From Alphaproteobacteria bacterium (GTDB lineage: Bacteria; Pseudomonadota; Alphaproteobacteria; SHVP01), in NCBI GenBank assembly GCA_038121105.1, contig JAYONB010000003.1, positions 158,594 to 222,593 on the forward strand: a DNA stretch of 64,000 nt, read 5' to 3'. A program made the translations under genes and the position numbers. Below, in pieces: positions 22,431-33,336 of the stretch; position 1 is the first letter of the stretch, and each line of letters starts with the position of its first letter. The notes below the pieces were generated by a model that had not been told where the DNA came from, did no database searches, and worked only from the letters and a program-made list of their open reading frames with translations.

Positions 22431-23246
22431 TCAGAACACCCGACGGAACGTACGGGAGATAAATGATCCTTCGTCTTCGACCGGTTCGAGGTCTTCGCCC
22501 TGCAGCAATCGGTAGGCATCGACATACCACTCGCTACCGGGATAGTTGAAACCCAGTACGGCGGCAGCCGATTGCGCTTCTTTTTGGAGCCCCAGCGCCA
22601 AATAGGTCTCGGTAAGGCGGTGGAGCGCCTCGGGTACGTGGGTGGTGGTCTGGAAATCGACGATGACCTGCTTGAAGCGGTTGAGCGCCGCCAGGTCTTC
22701 GCCCCGTCGCTGGTAGTAGCGCCCGATTTCCATTTCCTTGCCGGCCAAATGATCGCGCGTCAAATCGATCTTTAGACGGGCATCCCGCGCATATTCGCTG
22801 TCGGGAAAGCGACGGATCACTTCGTCCAAGCCGTTAAGCGCCAATTCGGTCAACTTCTGGTCGCGCCCGACGTCGACGATCTGTTCGTAGTACGACACGC
22901 CGATCAGGTAATACGCGTAGGGCACATCCTCAGAACCAGGGTGCAACTGGATGTAGCGCTGCGCGGAAATGATCGCGTCGTCGAATTCGTTGTCTTGGTA
23001 GTGGGAAAACGCGGTCATCAGCTGCGCGCGAGTCGCCCAGATCGAATAGGGATGCTGGCGTTCGACCTCGTCGAAGCTCGCCGCCGCCTCTTCGTAGCGG
23101 CCCGCGATCAGGTTATCCATACCTTCGTTGTAGAGCTGTTCGACGGGGCGCTCGACATAGGCGACCTCCTCCCGTCCGGTGTTGCAGCCCGCCACGACGA
23201 GCGCCAGCAAGGCCACCGCCCAGCCTGCACGATGCGACCGCCTCAT
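22431..23246 (-). CDS. bamD: Outer membrane assembly lipoprotein BamD/ComL
   Basis: Lipobox VVAGC, ERQHPYS, RDQ, LAGKEMEIGRYY, HVPEALHRL. Confidence 0.94.
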   Translation of the reverse strand: MRRSHRAGWAVALLALVVAGCNTGREEVAYVERPVEQLYNEGMDNLIAGRYEEAAASFDEVERQHPYSIWATRAQLMTAFSHYQDNEFDDAIISAQRYIQLHPGSEDVPYAYYLIGVSYYEQIVDVGRDQKLTELALNGLDEVIRRFPDSEYARDARLKIDLTRDHLAGKEMEIGRYYQRRGEDLAALNRFKQVIVDFQTTTHVPEALHRLTETYLALGLQKEAQSAAAVLGFNYPGSEWYVDAYRLLQGEDLEPVEDEGSFISRTFRRVF

Positions 23247-23363
23247 GGCCGAAACCCGCTGCGATTGCGATTCAAGGATGCTCGCTCGTCCGAAAGTGGT
23301 ATCATGTTCGTCCATTTTGCCCGTTGGGATTGCGATGCCGCGATCCTTTTGGGTTGCAGAGCC

Positions 23364-23750
23364 ATGACGGAAATCCGCATGAGTGACCTCGCCAAGAAGA
23401 TCGACGACCACGTCGGCCGCCAGATTCGCAAACGACGCAATCTGCTGGGCCTGACCCAAGAGCAGCTCGCCGATGCCCTAGGCATATCATATCAGCAAGT
23501 TCAAAAATACGAGACTGCGGCGAACCGCGTGAGCGCCGGACGGCTCTACGAAATTGCCGCGAAATTGGATACCGAAATTGGCTTTTTCTTCGAAGGGTTG
23601 GACCCCTCGCTGGCGGTGACGCCGGTCGAACATGGCGGCAAAACTCGGTCGACGGTTGAACTGGTGCGTAGTTTCAGCGGGATCGGCGATGCCGCGGTGC
23701 GGTCGGCCGTCGTCGGACTGGTGAAGGACCTAAGCGCCGAACCGGACTGA
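23364..23750 (+). CDS. XRE/HTH_3 transcriptional regulator (PraR-like family)
   Basis: DDHVGRQIRKRR...LTQEQLA..LGISYQQVQKYE...NRVSAGRL...FFEG. Confidence 0.88.
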   Translation: MTEIRMSDLAKKIDDHVGRQIRKRRNLLGLTQEQLADALGISYQQVQKYETAANRVSAGRLYEIAAKLDTEIGFFFEGLDPSLAVTPVEHGGKTRSTVELVRSFSGIGDAAVRSAVVGLVKDLSAEPD

Positions 23751-24680
23751 TTAGGCCATGGCCGCGGCCGGAACGGCCTCGGGCGACCAATCGCGGGCCA
23801 CTTCGGGCTGCACCGCGTCGGCGAGCGTCTCGCGCCGCCACGCCGACCGATCGGCGAATACTTCGGCCAGCAATTTGTGGTTCAGGGCGTGACCCGAACG
23901 GATCCCTTCGAACCGCCCGACAAGACGGGCCCCGGCAAGGAACAAGTCGCCGATCGAATCGAGCACTTTGTGGCGCACGAATTCGTCGCCGTAGCGCAAC
24001 CCGCCGTCGTTCATGACCCCATCGTCGGTGACCACGACGGCGTTCTCCAGCGACCCGCCTTGCGCCAGGCCCCGGGCGCGCAGCGCGTCGACCTCGTGGG
24101 CGAAACCGAAAGTGCGGGCACGACAAATCTCGGATTTAAAGCCGCCCTCGTGCAACGCCATGGCGCATTGCTGGTTGCCGATGACCGGCGAATCGTAGTC
24201 GATCTCGAACGCCACCGAGAACCCGTCGCCCGGCGACAGCGTCGCCCGGGCGTCACCCGCGCGCACTTCGATGGGGCGCAGAATCCGAATGACCTCGCGC
24301 GGCGTGCCCTGGTCGACAATGCCGGCGCATTCGATGAGAAAGACGAACGGCGCCGCGCTGCCGTCCATGATGGGCACTTCGGGACCGTCGACTTCGATGA
24401 GCGCGTTGTCGATGCCGCAGCCATAGAGCGCGGCCATCAGATGCTCAATCGTGGAGACCTTGACGCCGTCGCGGTTGGCGACGGTGGTGCACAAATCGCT
24501 GGCGACGACGTTCTCGTAGGATGCCGCAACCCGCGGCTCGCCCTCGTCGATGTCGGCGCGATAAAAGATGATTCCGGTATTGGGGGCCGCCGGATGCAGG
24601 GTCAGCGACACCTTGGCGCCACCATGAAGGCCGACGCCGCTGCATGAAATCCGGTTACGAAGAGTCTGCTGATGGGTCAC
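23751..24680 (-). CDS. lpxC: UDP-3-O-acyl-GlcNAc deacetylase
   Basis: GVGLHGG, STIEHLMAA, PIMDGSA, RARTFGF, EFVRHKVLD, SGHALN. Confidence 0.96.
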   Translation of the reverse strand: MTHQQTLRNRISCSGVGLHGGAKVSLTLHPAAPNTGIIFYRADIDEGEPRVAASYENVVASDLCTTVANRDGVKVSTIEHLMAALYGCGIDNALIEVDGPEVPIMDGSAAPFVFLIECAGIVDQGTPREVIRILRPIEVRAGDARATLSPGDGFSVAFEIDYDSPVIGNQQCAMALHEGGFKSEICRARTFGFAHEVDALRARGLAQGGSLENAVVVTDDGVMNDGGLRYGDEFVRHKVLDSIGDLFLAGARLVGRFEGIRSGHALNHKLLAEVFADRSAWRRETLADAVQPEVARDWSPEAVPAAAMA

Positions 24681-24866
24681 GAAAGCCCCCCCGGGGCGCT
24701 GCCGACCATCTGGCCGGCATTAGAAAATACTGAAAAAAACAACTGTTTATGTACGAACTCTGCGATCTTTTTCTAACAACGTCCGGGGCACCAGACAATT
24801 CAACGATTGTTACACAATGTTACGCGGGACCGGCGCGGTGGAGGGCGCGCCGGTCCCACGACTCAT

Positions 24867-26750
24867 CTAGTTGGCCTGGCGGCGGAGGAAGGCCGGAATT
24901 TCGAGCAGATCCTCCTCCGGTTCCGGTGCCAACCCTTGTGGCGCCGGGGTCGCCTCGGTCGCAACCGGGGCTTCCTTCTCGAACGCTTTCTTCTCGGCCG
25001 CAGGTGCGGGGCCGGCAGGTGAGGTCACGGCCGGTTTCGCCGCGGTCATCGCGGGCTTGGCGGTTGTCGTATCGAGGCGCGGTTCGGTCCGCTTGGCTTT
25101 CGCGTCGCTGCCCGCTTCCTTGGCGAGCACCGCATCCCAAACCTTATCGTCCGCCGGTTCCGCTTCCCTGTTTTTGCGGCCGCCGGTCATCCGTTCGAAC
25201 AAGCTGGGGCCGCGCCGCGGCTTTTTGGGCTCGGCCGCACCGGCATTGGTGAGGGCCGCCTCGGCAAACGGATCAGGCTTGGCCAAGGGCTCCCGGCGAA
25301 CCGGCGCCGCGGCACGCGGCGGAATGAACGGCTCCCGTGCCGGCGCCGCTTCGGCCTTGGGTGCAGGCTCGGCGACCGGTGCCGCGGTTGCCGTCGGCGC
25401 CTTTTCGTCGACCGGCGGTTTGGCGACGGGGGCTTTGGCGATGGGCGATCTCTCCATCTCCGCCCGCACTTCGATCGGCCGGGGTGCCGGCGTCGGTGCC
25501 TTTGCGGCAGGCGCCGGTGCGGGTTGACTGACCGCGGGTTGGGGTTCCGGCATCGCGAGCGCGGCCGCGGTGGCAGCGCCGCCAGATGCGACCGCCGGTG
25601 CGACAGGGGCGGCCTCTTGCGGGACGACCAACGGACGCGCCATGGCCGGCGCGGCATTGGGCCGATTGAAGGCCAGGGCCGGTTGCGGCGTCGGGACCGG
25701 TTCGAACGACCGGTCGTCTTCGATGGTGCGGCTGGCAACCGCAGGCTCGGGGTAGAGCGTATGGAGACTGGGGTTGGCCTGTTCTTCGGCGTCGATCCCG
25801 GTGGCGACCACCGATACGCGGACGCTGCCCTCGAGGCTTTCGTCGAAAATGGAGCCGAAAATGATGTTGGCCTCGGGATCGACCTCGTCGCGAATGCGGT
25901 TGGCCGCCTCGTCGACTTCGTAGAGGGTCATATCCGGACCACCCGAAATGTTGATCAGCACGCCGCGGGCGCCCTTCATCGACACTTCATCGAGTAACGG
26001 ATTGGAGATCGCGGCCTCCGCGGCATCGATCGCCCGGCCCTCGCCGTCGGCTTCGCCCGTGCCCATCATCGCCTTGCCCATTTCGGCCATGACAGCCCGC
26101 ACATCGGCAAAGTCGAGGTTGATCAGGCCCGGCATGACCATGAGATCGGTCACGCCCCGCACGCCCGAATAGAGGACGTCGTCGGCCATCTTGAAGGCAT
26201 CCGCAAAGGTGGTCTTTTCGTTGGCCACACGGAACAGGTTTTGGTTGGGAATAATGATCAGGGTGTCGACATAGCGTTCGAGCTCTTCGATGCCTTGATC
26301 GGCAAGCGTCATGCGGTGACCGCCCTCGAATTGGAACGGCTTGGTCACGACGCCCACGGTCAGAATGCCGGCTTCGCGCGCGGCATGCGCGATGATCGGC
26401 GCCGCACCGGTCCCGGTGCCGCCCCCCATTCCGGCGGTGATGAAGGCCATATGAGAGCCAGCCAAGGCTTCCATCAATTCGGGAAGCGATTCCTCGGCGG
26501 CGCGACGACCGACATCGGGATTGGACCCTGCACCCAAACCTTGGGTGACGTTGATACCCAGTTGGATACGCCGTTCGGACCGCGACTGCGCAAGCGATTG
26601 CGCGTCGGTGTTGGCCACGATGAAGTCGACGCCTTCAAGTTCGGCGTTGATCATGTTGTTTACGGCATTGCCACCGGCGCCGCCAACACCGACGACGATG
26701 ATCCGAGGCTGTAGCTCGGTCATAGCGGGAACACTTAAATTAATGGTCAT
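24867..26750 (-). CDS. ftsZ: Cell division protein FtsZ with long linker
   Basis: GGAGGNA, GGGTGTG, NLDFADV, C-terminal [12 protein letters not shown]. Confidence 0.98.
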   Translation of the reverse strand: MTINLSVPAMTELQPRIIVVGVGGAGGNAVNNMINAELEGVDFIVANTDAQSLAQSRSERRIQLGINVTQGLGAGSNPDVGRRAAEESLPELMEALAGSHMAFITAGMGGGTGTGAAPIIAHAAREAGILTVGVVTKPFQFEGGHRMTLADQGIEELERYVDTLIIIPNQNLFRVANEKTTFADAFKMADDVLYSGVRGVTDLMVMPGLINLDFADVRAVMAEMGKAMMGTGEADGEGRAIDAAEAAISNPLLDEVSMKGARGVLINISGGPDMTLYEVDEAANRIRDEVDPEANIIFGSIFDESLEGSVRVSVVATGIDAEEQANPSLHTLYPEPAVASRTIEDDRSFEPVPTPQPALAFNRPNAAPAMARPLVVPQEAAPVAPAVASGGAATAAALAMPEPQPAVSQPAPAPAAKAPTPAPRPIEVRAEMERSPIAKAPVAKPPVDEKAPTATAAPVAEPAPKAEAAPAREPFIPPRAAAPVRREPLAKPDPFAEAALTNAGAAEPKKPRRGPSLFERMTGGRKNREAEPADDKVWDAVLAKEAGSDAKAKRTEPRLDTTTAKPAMTAAKPAVTSPAGPAPAAEKKAFEKEAPVATEATPAPQGLAPEPEEDLLEIPAFLRRQAN

Positions 26751-26752
26751 TC

Positions 26753-26779
26753 TCACCCTCCACGGTTACTGACCTTCAT
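26753..26779 (-). other. Candidate 8-codon mini-ORF (MKVSNRGG) upstream of ftsZ
   Basis: AGGAGG (26793-26788) sits 8 nt before ATG 26779. The stop TGA ends 2 nt before the ftsZ ATG. Confidence 0.4.
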
Positions 26780-26839
26780 GTTTTTCTCCTCCTGAGATCC
26801 ATCCCTACCTCTGGTTTTCCTGCCGACTTCTATGGCCGG

Positions 26840-28087
26840 TCAGAAATTGGTCGCCAGCCATCGGCCGATGCGCGAAAACGCGCCCCCGGCGACGGCAGGT
26901 TCAACAGAAACGACATTCTCGAAAGCCGGCAGCTGCTGCCGCACGGCCAGACTGAGCAACCCGGCGCAGGTCGAGAACGCGGGGCCGCCGGTAGCTTCGG
27001 CAAGACCGCCGACCCGAATGGGGCGGCCGAGCCGGACTTGTTTGTCGAGGACGCGCGCCGCGAGTTCGCGGACGCCCTGAAGTTGGCTCGCCCCGCCGGT
27101 CAACACGACGCGGCGACCGGCGGCGCGGGCGATGCCCGAGGCCTGCAAACGGTCGCGGACGAGTTCAAGGGTTTCCTCGATGCGCGGCCGGACGATGCCG
27201 ACCAGCATGGAGCGCGAAACTTGCGACATCGCACCGTCTTCGGTTTCGCCGACGATCGGCACGTCGATGGTGTCGCGGTCGTCCGAAGGACCGGGAATGA
27301 CGCTGGCGAAGAGAGTCTTGAGCCGCTCGGCGTGAACCGTCGGCGTGGCCAGGCCGCGCGCGACGTCGTTGGTGACGTGACGGCCACCGAGCGGGATCGA
27401 ATCGGCAAAGACCATCTCGCCGTCCTTGAACACCGCCATCGAAGTCGTGCCGGCCCCCATATCGATGACGGTCACGCCCAAGCGCATTTCGTCCTCGACG
27501 AGACAGGCAATTCCCGACGCATAGGGCGCCAAGGCGATCCCGGCCGTTTGAAGGTGGCCACGTTCGACGCACAGCGAGAGGTTGCGGAGAGGCCCGCTGG
27601 CCACGGTGACGACATTGATGTCGACGCCAAGGCGCGCGCCGTACATGCCGCGCGGGTCGCGCACGCCGGACGAGCCGTCGATGGTGAAGCCGAGCGGCAG
27701 GGAATGCAGCACCTCGCGCTCGGGATCATCGTCTTCCGGCCGACCCTGTTGCAGAACGCGGCGCAAATCGTTGTCGCCAATGGCGTGGCCGGCAACGGCG
27801 ACCTCCACGCCCACGGTGTGCGACGCCGGGCGTCCGGCCGACATCGCGAGATGAACCTCGCGAACGGTTTCGCCGGCCATACGCTCGGCCGCTTCGACCG
27901 CGGCACGGACCGATTCCTCGGCACGATCCATATCGACAACCGCGCCGGCTTTGACGCCGCGCGAGAGCTGATGCCCGATGCCGACGACCCGGGTGGTGTC
28001 GTCCGGCATGACGCGGGCGATGAAGCAACAGACCTTGGAACTTCCGAGGTCCAAGGCGGCGATCACTTGACTTCGTCCGTTGGCCAT
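26840..28087 (-). CDS. ftsA: Cell division protein FtsA
   Basis: LDLGSSKVCC, IDMGAGTT, AERLK, VLTGGASQL, amphipathic C-terminus (RIGRWLATNF). Confidence 0.96.
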   Translation of the reverse strand: MANGRSQVIAALDLGSSKVCCFIARVMPDDTTRVVGIGHQLSRGVKAGAVVDMDRAEESVRAAVEAAERMAGETVREVHLAMSAGRPASHTVGVEVAVAGHAIGDNDLRRVLQQGRPEDDDPEREVLHSLPLGFTIDGSSGVRDPRGMYGARLGVDINVVTVASGPLRNLSLCVERGHLQTAGIALAPYASGIACLVEDEMRLGVTVIDMGAGTTSMAVFKDGEMVFADSIPLGGRHVTNDVARGLATPTVHAERLKTLFASVIPGPSDDRDTIDVPIVGETEDGAMSQVSRSMLVGIVRPRIEETLELVRDRLQASGIARAAGRRVVLTGGASQLQGVRELAARVLDKQVRLGRPIRVGGLAEATGGPAFSTCAGLLSLAVRQQLPAFENVVSVEPAVAGGAFSRIGRWLATNF

Positions 28088-28090
28088 AGC

Positions 28091-28933
28091 TTAGGTACTT
28101 TCCCCGGGGTCGCGGACCTGCGCGGCCGTTTCGGGCGGCAGCTTGAGATAGACGCGGTCTTCGACCCGTAAATCGATCACGTTGATGTCGCGTTCGAGAA
28201 TCTTGTCCTGACGGTGCAGCGCGCCGAGCCGCTTCCAGGCATCGTCGGTCGCCGCTTCGGGCAACAGCACCTCGATGCCGTTGTCGAGTTTGAGGTTCCA
28301 ACGCCGATTGCCGACCCGCACGGCGGCCGCGACCCTTGCTTGCAGACCGGGGGCGCTGGCCATCATGTCGATCAGCGTTACCGCCTCGGTGGCGGCATCG
28401 GGCCCGACAACCAGCGGCAAGGCGACGTATGCTTCGGGCTGGTGGGCGGTGATCACGACGCCGGCACGGTCGATCACCACCAGTCGACCGTCGTGCTGCC
28501 AACGCGCAAAGGGCGTCCGCTCGTCGATGTGAATCGCGATGACGTTGGGGAGGTGACGCGACACGCGCGCTTGTTCGACCCAACCCAGGTTTTCAATGCG
28601 GGCCTGGAGGCGTTTGAGGTCGACGGCGAAGATCGGGGTATCGCGGGCCACGCCGATGGCCGTCATCAATGCGGGGCGCTCGGCGTTGCGACGCCCGGAA
28701 AGACGGATCTCCTGCACCGCGAGGCCGGTGGCCTGCGAGGCCGACACAAAGACGTCGTTGGTGGTGCGTGCGACGGTCTCGGCACCGCCCAGCAACGTAA
28801 GCCAGATGGCCGGCGCTGCGACCGCGAGGACGACGGCACCGACCATGCTCCCACGCACCAAGCGCCTGCGATGGCGCTGGCAGAAGGCAAGCCAACCCGG
28901 CCGCGTGCTGCGCGGGCTACGCTGTGCCGTCAT
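28091..28933 (-). CDS. ftsQ: Cell division protein FtsQ/DivIB
   Basis: TM helix, POTRA-like LGWVEQARVSRHLP, VGNRRWNL, IDLR. Position between ddl and ftsA. Confidence 0.92.
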   Translation of the reverse strand: MTAQRSPRSTRPGWLAFCQRHRRRLVRGSMVGAVVLAVAAPAIWLTLLGGAETVARTTNDVFVSASQATGLAVQEIRLSGRRNAERPALMTAIGVARDTPIFAVDLKRLQARIENLGWVEQARVSRHLPNVIAIHIDERTPFARWQHDGRLVVIDRAGVVITAHQPEAYVALPLVVGPDAATEAVTLIDMMASAPGLQARVAAAVRVGNRRWNLKLDNGIEVLLPEAATDDAWKRLGALHRQDKILERDINVIDLRVEDRVYLKLPPETAAQVRDPGEST

Positions 28934-29838
28934 CGGTCGCACCCCGCATCGTCTACCAGCCATTCGACGAGGTCGCCGAAATCGATCCCGGCATGGGCGG
29001 CAATTTCGGGCGCCAAGGACACCGGCGTCAGGCCGGGCTGGGTGTTGACCTCCATCAGGTAGAGGTCGGCCTTGCCCTCCGTGTCGTCATAGCGGAAGTC
29101 GGCGCGAGACAAGCCGCGGCAGCCCAGCGAGGTATGCGCGGCCAACGCGGTGTCCAGCGCCTCCGCGTATTTGGCTTCGGGGAGCGGCGCCGGTAGCAGG
29201 TGCACCGCCTCGCCCTTTTCGTATTTCGCTTGGTAGTCGAAGAAACGGTGATCGGAGCTGATCTCGGTCACGCCCAACGCGCGATCTCCGAGAACGGCGA
29301 CGGTGATCTCGCGGCCAGGCACGTAGTTTTCGACCAGCACCGAATCGCCGAAGTCCCAGGTGTCGTCAATCGGCGGCGCGTTGTCGCCTTCGGTGACGAG
29401 CCGGACACCGACGCTGGACCCTTCGTTGAGCGGTTTGAGGACATAGGGCGGCGTCGGCGCGTTGCCGTTGCGGAAATCAGTGCGGTTCATGACCCGGCCT
29501 TCGGTGCAGCGAATACCGGCACGTTCGAAGATCGTTTTGGCGGTGGGCTTGTCCATCGCCAAGGCCGAGGCGAGAACACCGGAATGGGTGTAAGGCAGGC
29601 CCAGGACCTCCAGCAGCCCTTGGATGGCACCGTCTTCGCCGATCCGGCCATGGAGCGCATTGAACACGACATCGGGCTGCGCGGTTTGGAGCTGTTGCAC
29701 GACGTCGCGGTCGACGTCGATTTCGGTGACGCGGTGTCCCCGCGTGCGCAAGGCTTCCGCCACCGAGGCGCCGCTGACCAGCGAGACGGCGCGTTCTGCC
29801 GACCACCCACCCATAAGGACCGCGACATGCTTGCTCAT
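28930..29838 (-). CDS. ddl: D-alanine--D-alanine ligase
   Basis: GGWSAER, ALHGRIGEDG, EGSSVG, DYQAKY, EVNTQPG. Confidence 0.96.
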   Translation of the reverse strand: MSKHVAVLMGGWSAERAVSLVSGASVAEALRTRGHRVTEIDVDRDVVQQLQTAQPDVVFNALHGRIGEDGAIQGLLEVLGLPYTHSGVLASALAMDKPTAKTIFERAGIRCTEGRVMNRTDFRNGNAPTPPYVLKPLNEGSSVGVRLVTEGDNAPPIDDTWDFGDSVLVENYVPGREITVAVLGDRALGVTEISSDHRFFDYQAKYEKGEAVHLLPAPLPEAKYAEALDTALAAHTSLGCRGLSRADFRYDDTEGKADLYLMEVNTQPGLTPVSLAPEIAAHAGIDFGDLVEWLVDDAGCDR

Positions 29839-30779
29839 GACGCCCCCCGCGCGGGTTCGCCGAGGCGTTCGATTTCCCATTGCAGGTGGACGCCGCTGTG
29901 CTCGGCGACGCGCTGGCGAACCTCTTCGCCCAACGCCTCGAGATCCGCCGCGGTGGCTTGGCCGGTATTTTCCAAAAAGTTGCAATGCACCGGCGAGACC
30001 ATCGCGCCACCGCGCGTCAAGCCGCGACATCCCGCGTCATCGATCAGCTGCCACGCGCGTGGCGCATCGCCGTCCGGCCCACCCGGGTTGCGGAAGGTGC
30101 TGCCGCCGGTTCGGGTCCGCACCGGTTGAGTGGCCTCGCGCGCCTGTTTGATCTTTGCCATGCGCGCGCGAATGGCCGCGCTGTCGTCCGGGGTTCCGAT
30201 CAACGTGCAACCCACGACAATGCTGTGCGGCGGCAACCGCGATTGGCGATAGGCAAAGCTGAGATCGTCCCGCGCCAAGGTGCTCGTCCGCCCGGCACGA
30301 TCGAGCAACGTCACCGAATCCAAGATCGCGCCAATGTCTCCGCCGTAGGCGCCGGCATTCATCCGTACGGCCCCACCGATGGTACCGGGAATGCCGGACA
30401 GAAACTCAAGACCCGCGAGACCGGCATCGGCAGCCAAGCGCGCCACATTGATGTCGAGTGCGCCCCCGCCGGCGACGACGCGCGAGCCGTCCACCGCAAT
30501 ATCGGTCAACCCGCGCCCGAGACGAATCACGACGCCACGAATGCCGCCGTCACGAACCAACACGTTGGAACCGACGCCCAAAACGGTGACCGGGATGTCG
30601 TCGGGGCAGCCCGCAAGAAAGGCCGCGAGATCGTCGACGTCGGAAGGGCGGAACAGCACGTCGGCGACGCCGCCCACTTTGAACCATGTAATGCGCGACA
30701 GCGGATAGGCGGCCTGGTAGGTCCCGCGCACTGGCGGCAAGCGGTCGAAGAGCGCCACCGATTTGATTGCCGCGCTCAT
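29835..30779 (-). CDS. murB: UDP-N-acetylmuramate dehydrogenase
   Basis: [41 protein letters not shown]. Confidence 0.95.
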   Translation of the reverse strand: MSAAIKSVALFDRLPPVRGTYQAAYPLSRITWFKVGGVADVLFRPSDVDDLAAFLAGCPDDIPVTVLGVGSNVLVRDGGIRGVVIRLGRGLTDIAVDGSRVVAGGGALDINVARLAADAGLAGLEFLSGIPGTIGGAVRMNAGAYGGDIGAILDSVTLLDRAGRTSTLARDDLSFAYRQSRLPPHSIVVGCTLIGTPDDSAAIRARMAKIKQAREATQPVRTRTGGSTFRNPGGPDGDAPRAWQLIDDAGCRGLTRGGAMVSPVHCNFLENTGQATAADLEALGEEVRQRVAEHSGVHLQWEIERLGEPARGAS

Positions 30780-32212
30780 GCCCCGACCTCGCGCAATCCG
30801 GGTTCGGGCAAGCGTGCGGCGAGTTCTTCGGGCAGGCTTTGGGCCCATCCGGTAATGCTCCCGGCCCCCATGCAAATAACGAGGTCGCCGGGCCGAACAT
30901 GCTCGGCCACGACATCGGCTAGCGGCACGTCTGCCGGTAGCGCCTCGGCGTGCCGATGGCCATGACGCCGCAACCCTTCCACCAGCGCATCGCGATCAAA
31001 GCCTTCGATCGGCGCTTCGCCGGCGGTATAGACATCGGCAACGAGGACGGTGTCGGCATTGTTGAAGCAGGTGCAGAAGTCCTCGAACAGGTCGCGCAAC
31101 CGTGTATAGCGATGCGGCTGCACCACGGTGACCACACGTTCGCGTCCCATATCGCGCGCCGCTTTGAGCACCGCGGCGATCTCCACCGGATGATGGGCGT
31201 AGTCGTCGACCACGGTTACGCCGCCGCCGGTCCCGGTGATGGTGAAACGCCGCTTGACGCCCCCGAAGTCCTGCAACGCGCTGCGCGCGATATCGTCGGC
31301 GATGCCCATTTCGTTGGCGACCACAAAGGCCGACAGCGCGTTTTGGACGTTATGCGCGCCCGGCATGTTGAGGCGGACGTCTCGAATGCGGCGTTCTTGG
31401 TCGTGCGCGCGATCGGCGATGACGACATCGAAGGTCGCGCCGAGATCGGAAAAGGTGATCTTTTCGGCCCGCACGTCAGCCAGCGGGCTGAGGCCATAGG
31501 TGATGACACGGCGATCGCTGATTCGGCCACACAAGGCTTGCACCTCGGGGTGATCGACGCACATCGCGGCGAAGCCGTAGAAGGGAATGTTTTCGACAAA
31601 GGTTTGGAAGGCGTCACGTTCCGTATCGAAGTCGCCGTAGAAGTCGAGATGCTCGGGGTCGATATTGGTAACGACCGCGACCGTCGCCGGCAGTTTGACG
31701 AAGGTGCCGTCGGACTCGTCGGCCTCGACCACCATCCATTCGCCGTCGCCCAAACGCGCATTGGTGTTGTAGGCGTTGATGATGCCGCCGTTGATCACCG
31801 TAGGATCGAAGGCCGCGGCATCCAGCATCGCTGCGATCAACGAAGTGGTGGTGGTTTTTCCGTGCGTGCCGCCGACCGCAATGGACCATTTGAACCGCAT
31901 CAGCTCGGCAAGCATTTCGGCGCGGCGCACGACCGGGATGAAGGCATGTCGCGCGGCCACGACTTCGGGATTGTCGGCCTTGACCGCGGACGACACCACG
32001 ACGACGCGCGCCTCGCCCAAGTTGTCCGCTTTATGGCCCTTGAGGACGGGGATACCGAGGTCGCGCAATCGCAAGACGTTGGCGCTTTCGGCAACGTCGC
32101 TCCCCTGGACTTGGTAGCCCAGGCTATGCATCACCTCGGCGATGCCGCTCATGCCGATACCGCCGATGCCGACGAAATGGATGATGCCGATATCGAGGGG
32201 GAGCTGCTTCAT
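30776..32212 (-). CDS. murC: UDP-MurNAc--L-alanine ligase
   Basis: [38 protein letters not shown]. Confidence 0.97.
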   Translation of the reverse strand: MKQLPLDIGIIHFVGIGGIGMSGIAEVMHSLGYQVQGSDVAESANVLRLRDLGIPVLKGHKADNLGEARVVVVSSAVKADNPEVVAARHAFIPVVRRAEMLAELMRFKWSIAVGGTHGKTTTTSLIAAMLDAAAFDPTVINGGIINAYNTNARLGDGEWMVVEADESDGTFVKLPATVAVVTNIDPEHLDFYGDFDTERDAFQTFVENIPFYGFAAMCVDHPEVQALCGRISDRRVITYGLSPLADVRAEKITFSDLGATFDVVIADRAHDQERRIRDVRLNMPGAHNVQNALSAFVVANEMGIADDIARSALQDFGGVKRRFTITGTGGGVTVVDDYAHHPVEIAAVLKAARDMGRERVVTVVQPHRYTRLRDLFEDFCTCFNNADTVLVADVYTAGEAPIEGFDRDALVEGLRRHGHRHAEALPADVPLADVVAEHVRPGDLVICMGAGSITGWAQSLPEELAARLPEPGLREVGA

Positions 32213-33336
32213 GCCGCCGCCCCCTGCTCGACTCGATCGCCGTTGCTGCCGGCCATTCGCTCGACCAGGTCGGCCAACCGCGCCGCGGCATCCGAGATCG
32301 CAAACCGGCGCGCCGCAGCGGCGGCCTGTTCGAGGTAATGCGGCACCGAAAGCAACGCATTGAGGCGGCCGAGAAGGTCGATAGGCGTGAACGCCGATTG
32401 GGTGATCGTCCACCCCGCGCCGGTCTCGCTGAACGCGTTGGCGTTGGCCGTTTGGTGGTCGTCGGTAGCATGAGGGTATGGCACCAACAACGCCGGGCGT
32501 CCCATCGCGGCAAGCTCGAAAATCGTCGACGCGCCGGCCCGCGCGATCACAAGATGCGCGTCGGCCATGCGCGCTGGCATATGGTCATAAAAGGTGGCGA
32601 GCTCGGCGGTGATCTCAGCATCCGCGTAGGCCTTGCGCACGGCATCGAGGTCTTCGCGACGGCACTGCTGGACAACCTGGAGGCGCGCACGTTGATCGGG
32701 ATCGAGTTCGGCCAAGGCCGCGGGCACGACGGCGGAAAAAACGCTGGCGCCTTGGCTGCCACCGAAGACCAGGATTTTGATCGGCCCGGTTGCTTCGGGT
32801 CCACGGTAAGGCTGGTCGCGATGGGCAAGCACCTCGGGGCGCACCGGCGTCCCGGTGACGACGACCTCTTTGCGGGCATCGCGTTCGAGACGTTCGGTTT
32901 GCGCAAAGCTCAAGGCGACGGCATCGACGCGACGCGCCAACAATCGATTGACGCGACCGAGCACGGCATTTTGCTCGTGTATCGCAGCGGGGGTTCCCAA
33001 ACGCGCAGCGGCTAACATGGTTGGCAGGGAGGGATAGCCGCCGAAACCGACTACAACATGTGGCTGCAGCCGAGGGAGGAGGGCTCGCGCTTGAAAGACC
33101 CCCGCTACGACATTCATAAGCCCGCCGACCTTTCTACCCGCACCGCCGGCAAGCGTACCGGCGCGAATGGTGTGGGTTTCGAGATTGGCGAGCGTGTGGC
33201 TGTGGCCGGCGCCCCGTCGATCGGTGACGAGAACGAGACGATGACCACGTTCTTGGAGTTCCTGCGCCAAGGCTTCGGCAGGAAACAGATGACCGCCGGT
33301 CCCACCGGCGGCGAGGACGATGGTGCGCGCGCTCAT
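32209..33336 (-). CDS. murG: Lipid II GlcNAc transferase MurG
   Basis: [37 protein letters not shown]. Confidence 0.96.
   Translation of the reverse strand: MSARTIVLAAGGTGGHLFPAEALAQELQERGHRLVLVTDRRGAGHSHTLANLETHTIRAGTLAGGAGRKVGGLMNVVAGVFQARALLPRLQPHVVVGFGGYPSLPTMLAAARLGTPAAIHEQNAVLGRVNRLLARRVDAVALSFAQTERLERDARKEVVVTGTPVRPEVLAHRDQPYRGPEATGPIKILVFGGSQGASVFSAVVPAALAELDPDQRARLQVVQQCRREDLDAVRKAYADAEITAELATFYDHMPARMADAHLVIARAGASTIFELAAMGRPALLVPYPHATDDHQTANANAFSETGAGWTITQSAFTPIDLLGRLNALLSVPHYLEQAAAAARRFAISDAAARLADLVERMAGSNGDRVEQGAAA

Noticed and set aside
22434-22449. GAAC...GAAC just upstream of recN as a LexA box
   Set aside because: Spacer is 8 nt, not 7, and it lies within the bamD coding end.
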